A stretch of 64,000 nt of DNA from Andalucia godoyi And28. Taxonomy: Eukaryota; Protista; Jakobida. Every line of letters starts with the position of its first letter. Within the stretch, counting starts at the first letter, position 1. Below the pieces are notes generated by a model. That model did no database searches and was not told the DNA's origin. It saw only the letters and a list, made by a program, of their open reading frames with translations. Of this stretch, positions 63,532-64,000 are shown one piece after another. The translations under genes and the position numbers were made by a program. The stretch is taken from assembly GCA_009859145.1 (NCBI GenBank), contig VRVR01000005.1:358502-422501 (forward strand). The letters run 5' to 3'.

Positions 63532-64000
63532 ATGTCGTTACATGCTCCCGATGGCGACAACTCCTCCGTTGGAGAGTCGTCCACGCGATCGAGCCTGACT
63601 TCAACCTTTGGAGACAAGGTCTCCAGAGTGAGCCGACAGTTCTGCGAGCGCTCGGCCCCGCTTGCCTCGGAGCTGCGTCGCGAAGCGGCGTCGGGCGTCT
63701 TCATCATCGTGCGCAACATTTCGCTGATTCTGCTGTGCATCCAGCTTCTGTGCATCGCGACGGTGTCGTATGCCAGAATGTCCGGCTCGTCGGCTATGCT
63801 CTCTCTTGTTTCCGTTGCCGACTCGGTCCTGCTCATGGGCCCGGTTGGCTCGGTGAACGTCAACTCATTTTTCTATTGCGCTGTGCTCGCTGCAGTACTT
63901 TGTCGTCGTATTCTCCCTTGTACTGCTGAAGCAATGAGGGCGTGCGGCAAAGTGGACCAAAAACTGACGCAGCTGCTGACCCTGCTGATGGAACTCATCC
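63532..64000 (+). CDS. Membrane protein, 3'-partial (runs off the window)
   Basis: ATG at 63532 opens a frame to the window end: MSLHAPDGDNSS...GVFIIVRNISLILLCIQLLCIATV...FFYCAVLAAVLC, with several hydrophobic segments. Confidence 0.65.
   Translation, partial: MSLHAPDGDNSSVGESSTRSSLTSTFGDKVSRVSRQFCERSAPLASELRREAASGVFIIVRNISLILLCIQLLCIATVSYARMSGSSAMLSLVSVADSVLLMGPVGSVNVNSFFYCAVLAAVLCRRILPCTAEAMRACGKVDQKLTQLLTLLMELI

Noticed and set aside
283-63929. Numerous long antisense or alternate-frame ORFs in the track (e.g. 25094-26173 +, 27017-28075 +, 28344-29306 -, 12357-13130 +, 52411-53169 +)
   Set aside because: They overlap well-supported genes on the other strand or frame, lack family motifs, and are expected shadows in ~50% GC coding DNA or run through simple repeats.
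1-64000. Alternative nuclear genetic code
   Set aside because: TAA, TAG and TGA all terminate well-supported genes at expected C-termini, and conserved proteins read through without in-frame stops.

Overview
Gene-dense, intron-poor eukaryotic DNA from a flagellated protist. It uses the standard genetic code, has balanced GC in coding regions, has a few 80-210 nt GT(A/C)YGT...YAG introns, and has simple-repeat-rich intergenic spacers. A jakobid/discobid-like host is an inference from gene content and style only. About 25 protein genes are recognisable by motif: P4-ATPase, ATG13, SF-assemblin, a TFIIIA-like zinc-finger protein, ABCA and ABCG transporters, a GHMP kinase/UDP-glucuronate-4-epimerase fusion, GSAP-, SPAG8-, RSP14-, FANCI-, CEP295-, CFAP119- and DCN1-like proteins, UROS, AOX, CC2D2A, EB1, a Sir2 protein, a bacterial-type LRR kinase and a gustatory-receptor-like 7TM protein. 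There is also a tRNA-Glu(TTC) and a solitary 5S rRNA gene. The strongest hidden signal is absent from the ORF track: at about 31.03-31.33 kb on the minus strand lies an internally deleted Fanzor2/TnpB remnant. Its N-terminal HTH motif is joined to a frameshifted C-terminal DRDxNGARNI motif, followed by a multi-hairpin omegaRNA-like scaffold. This looks like a non-autonomous RNA-guided-nuclease guide locus, and a second scaffold-like module lies just downstream. All family assignments come from motif recognition by eye; no database searches or folding programs were run.
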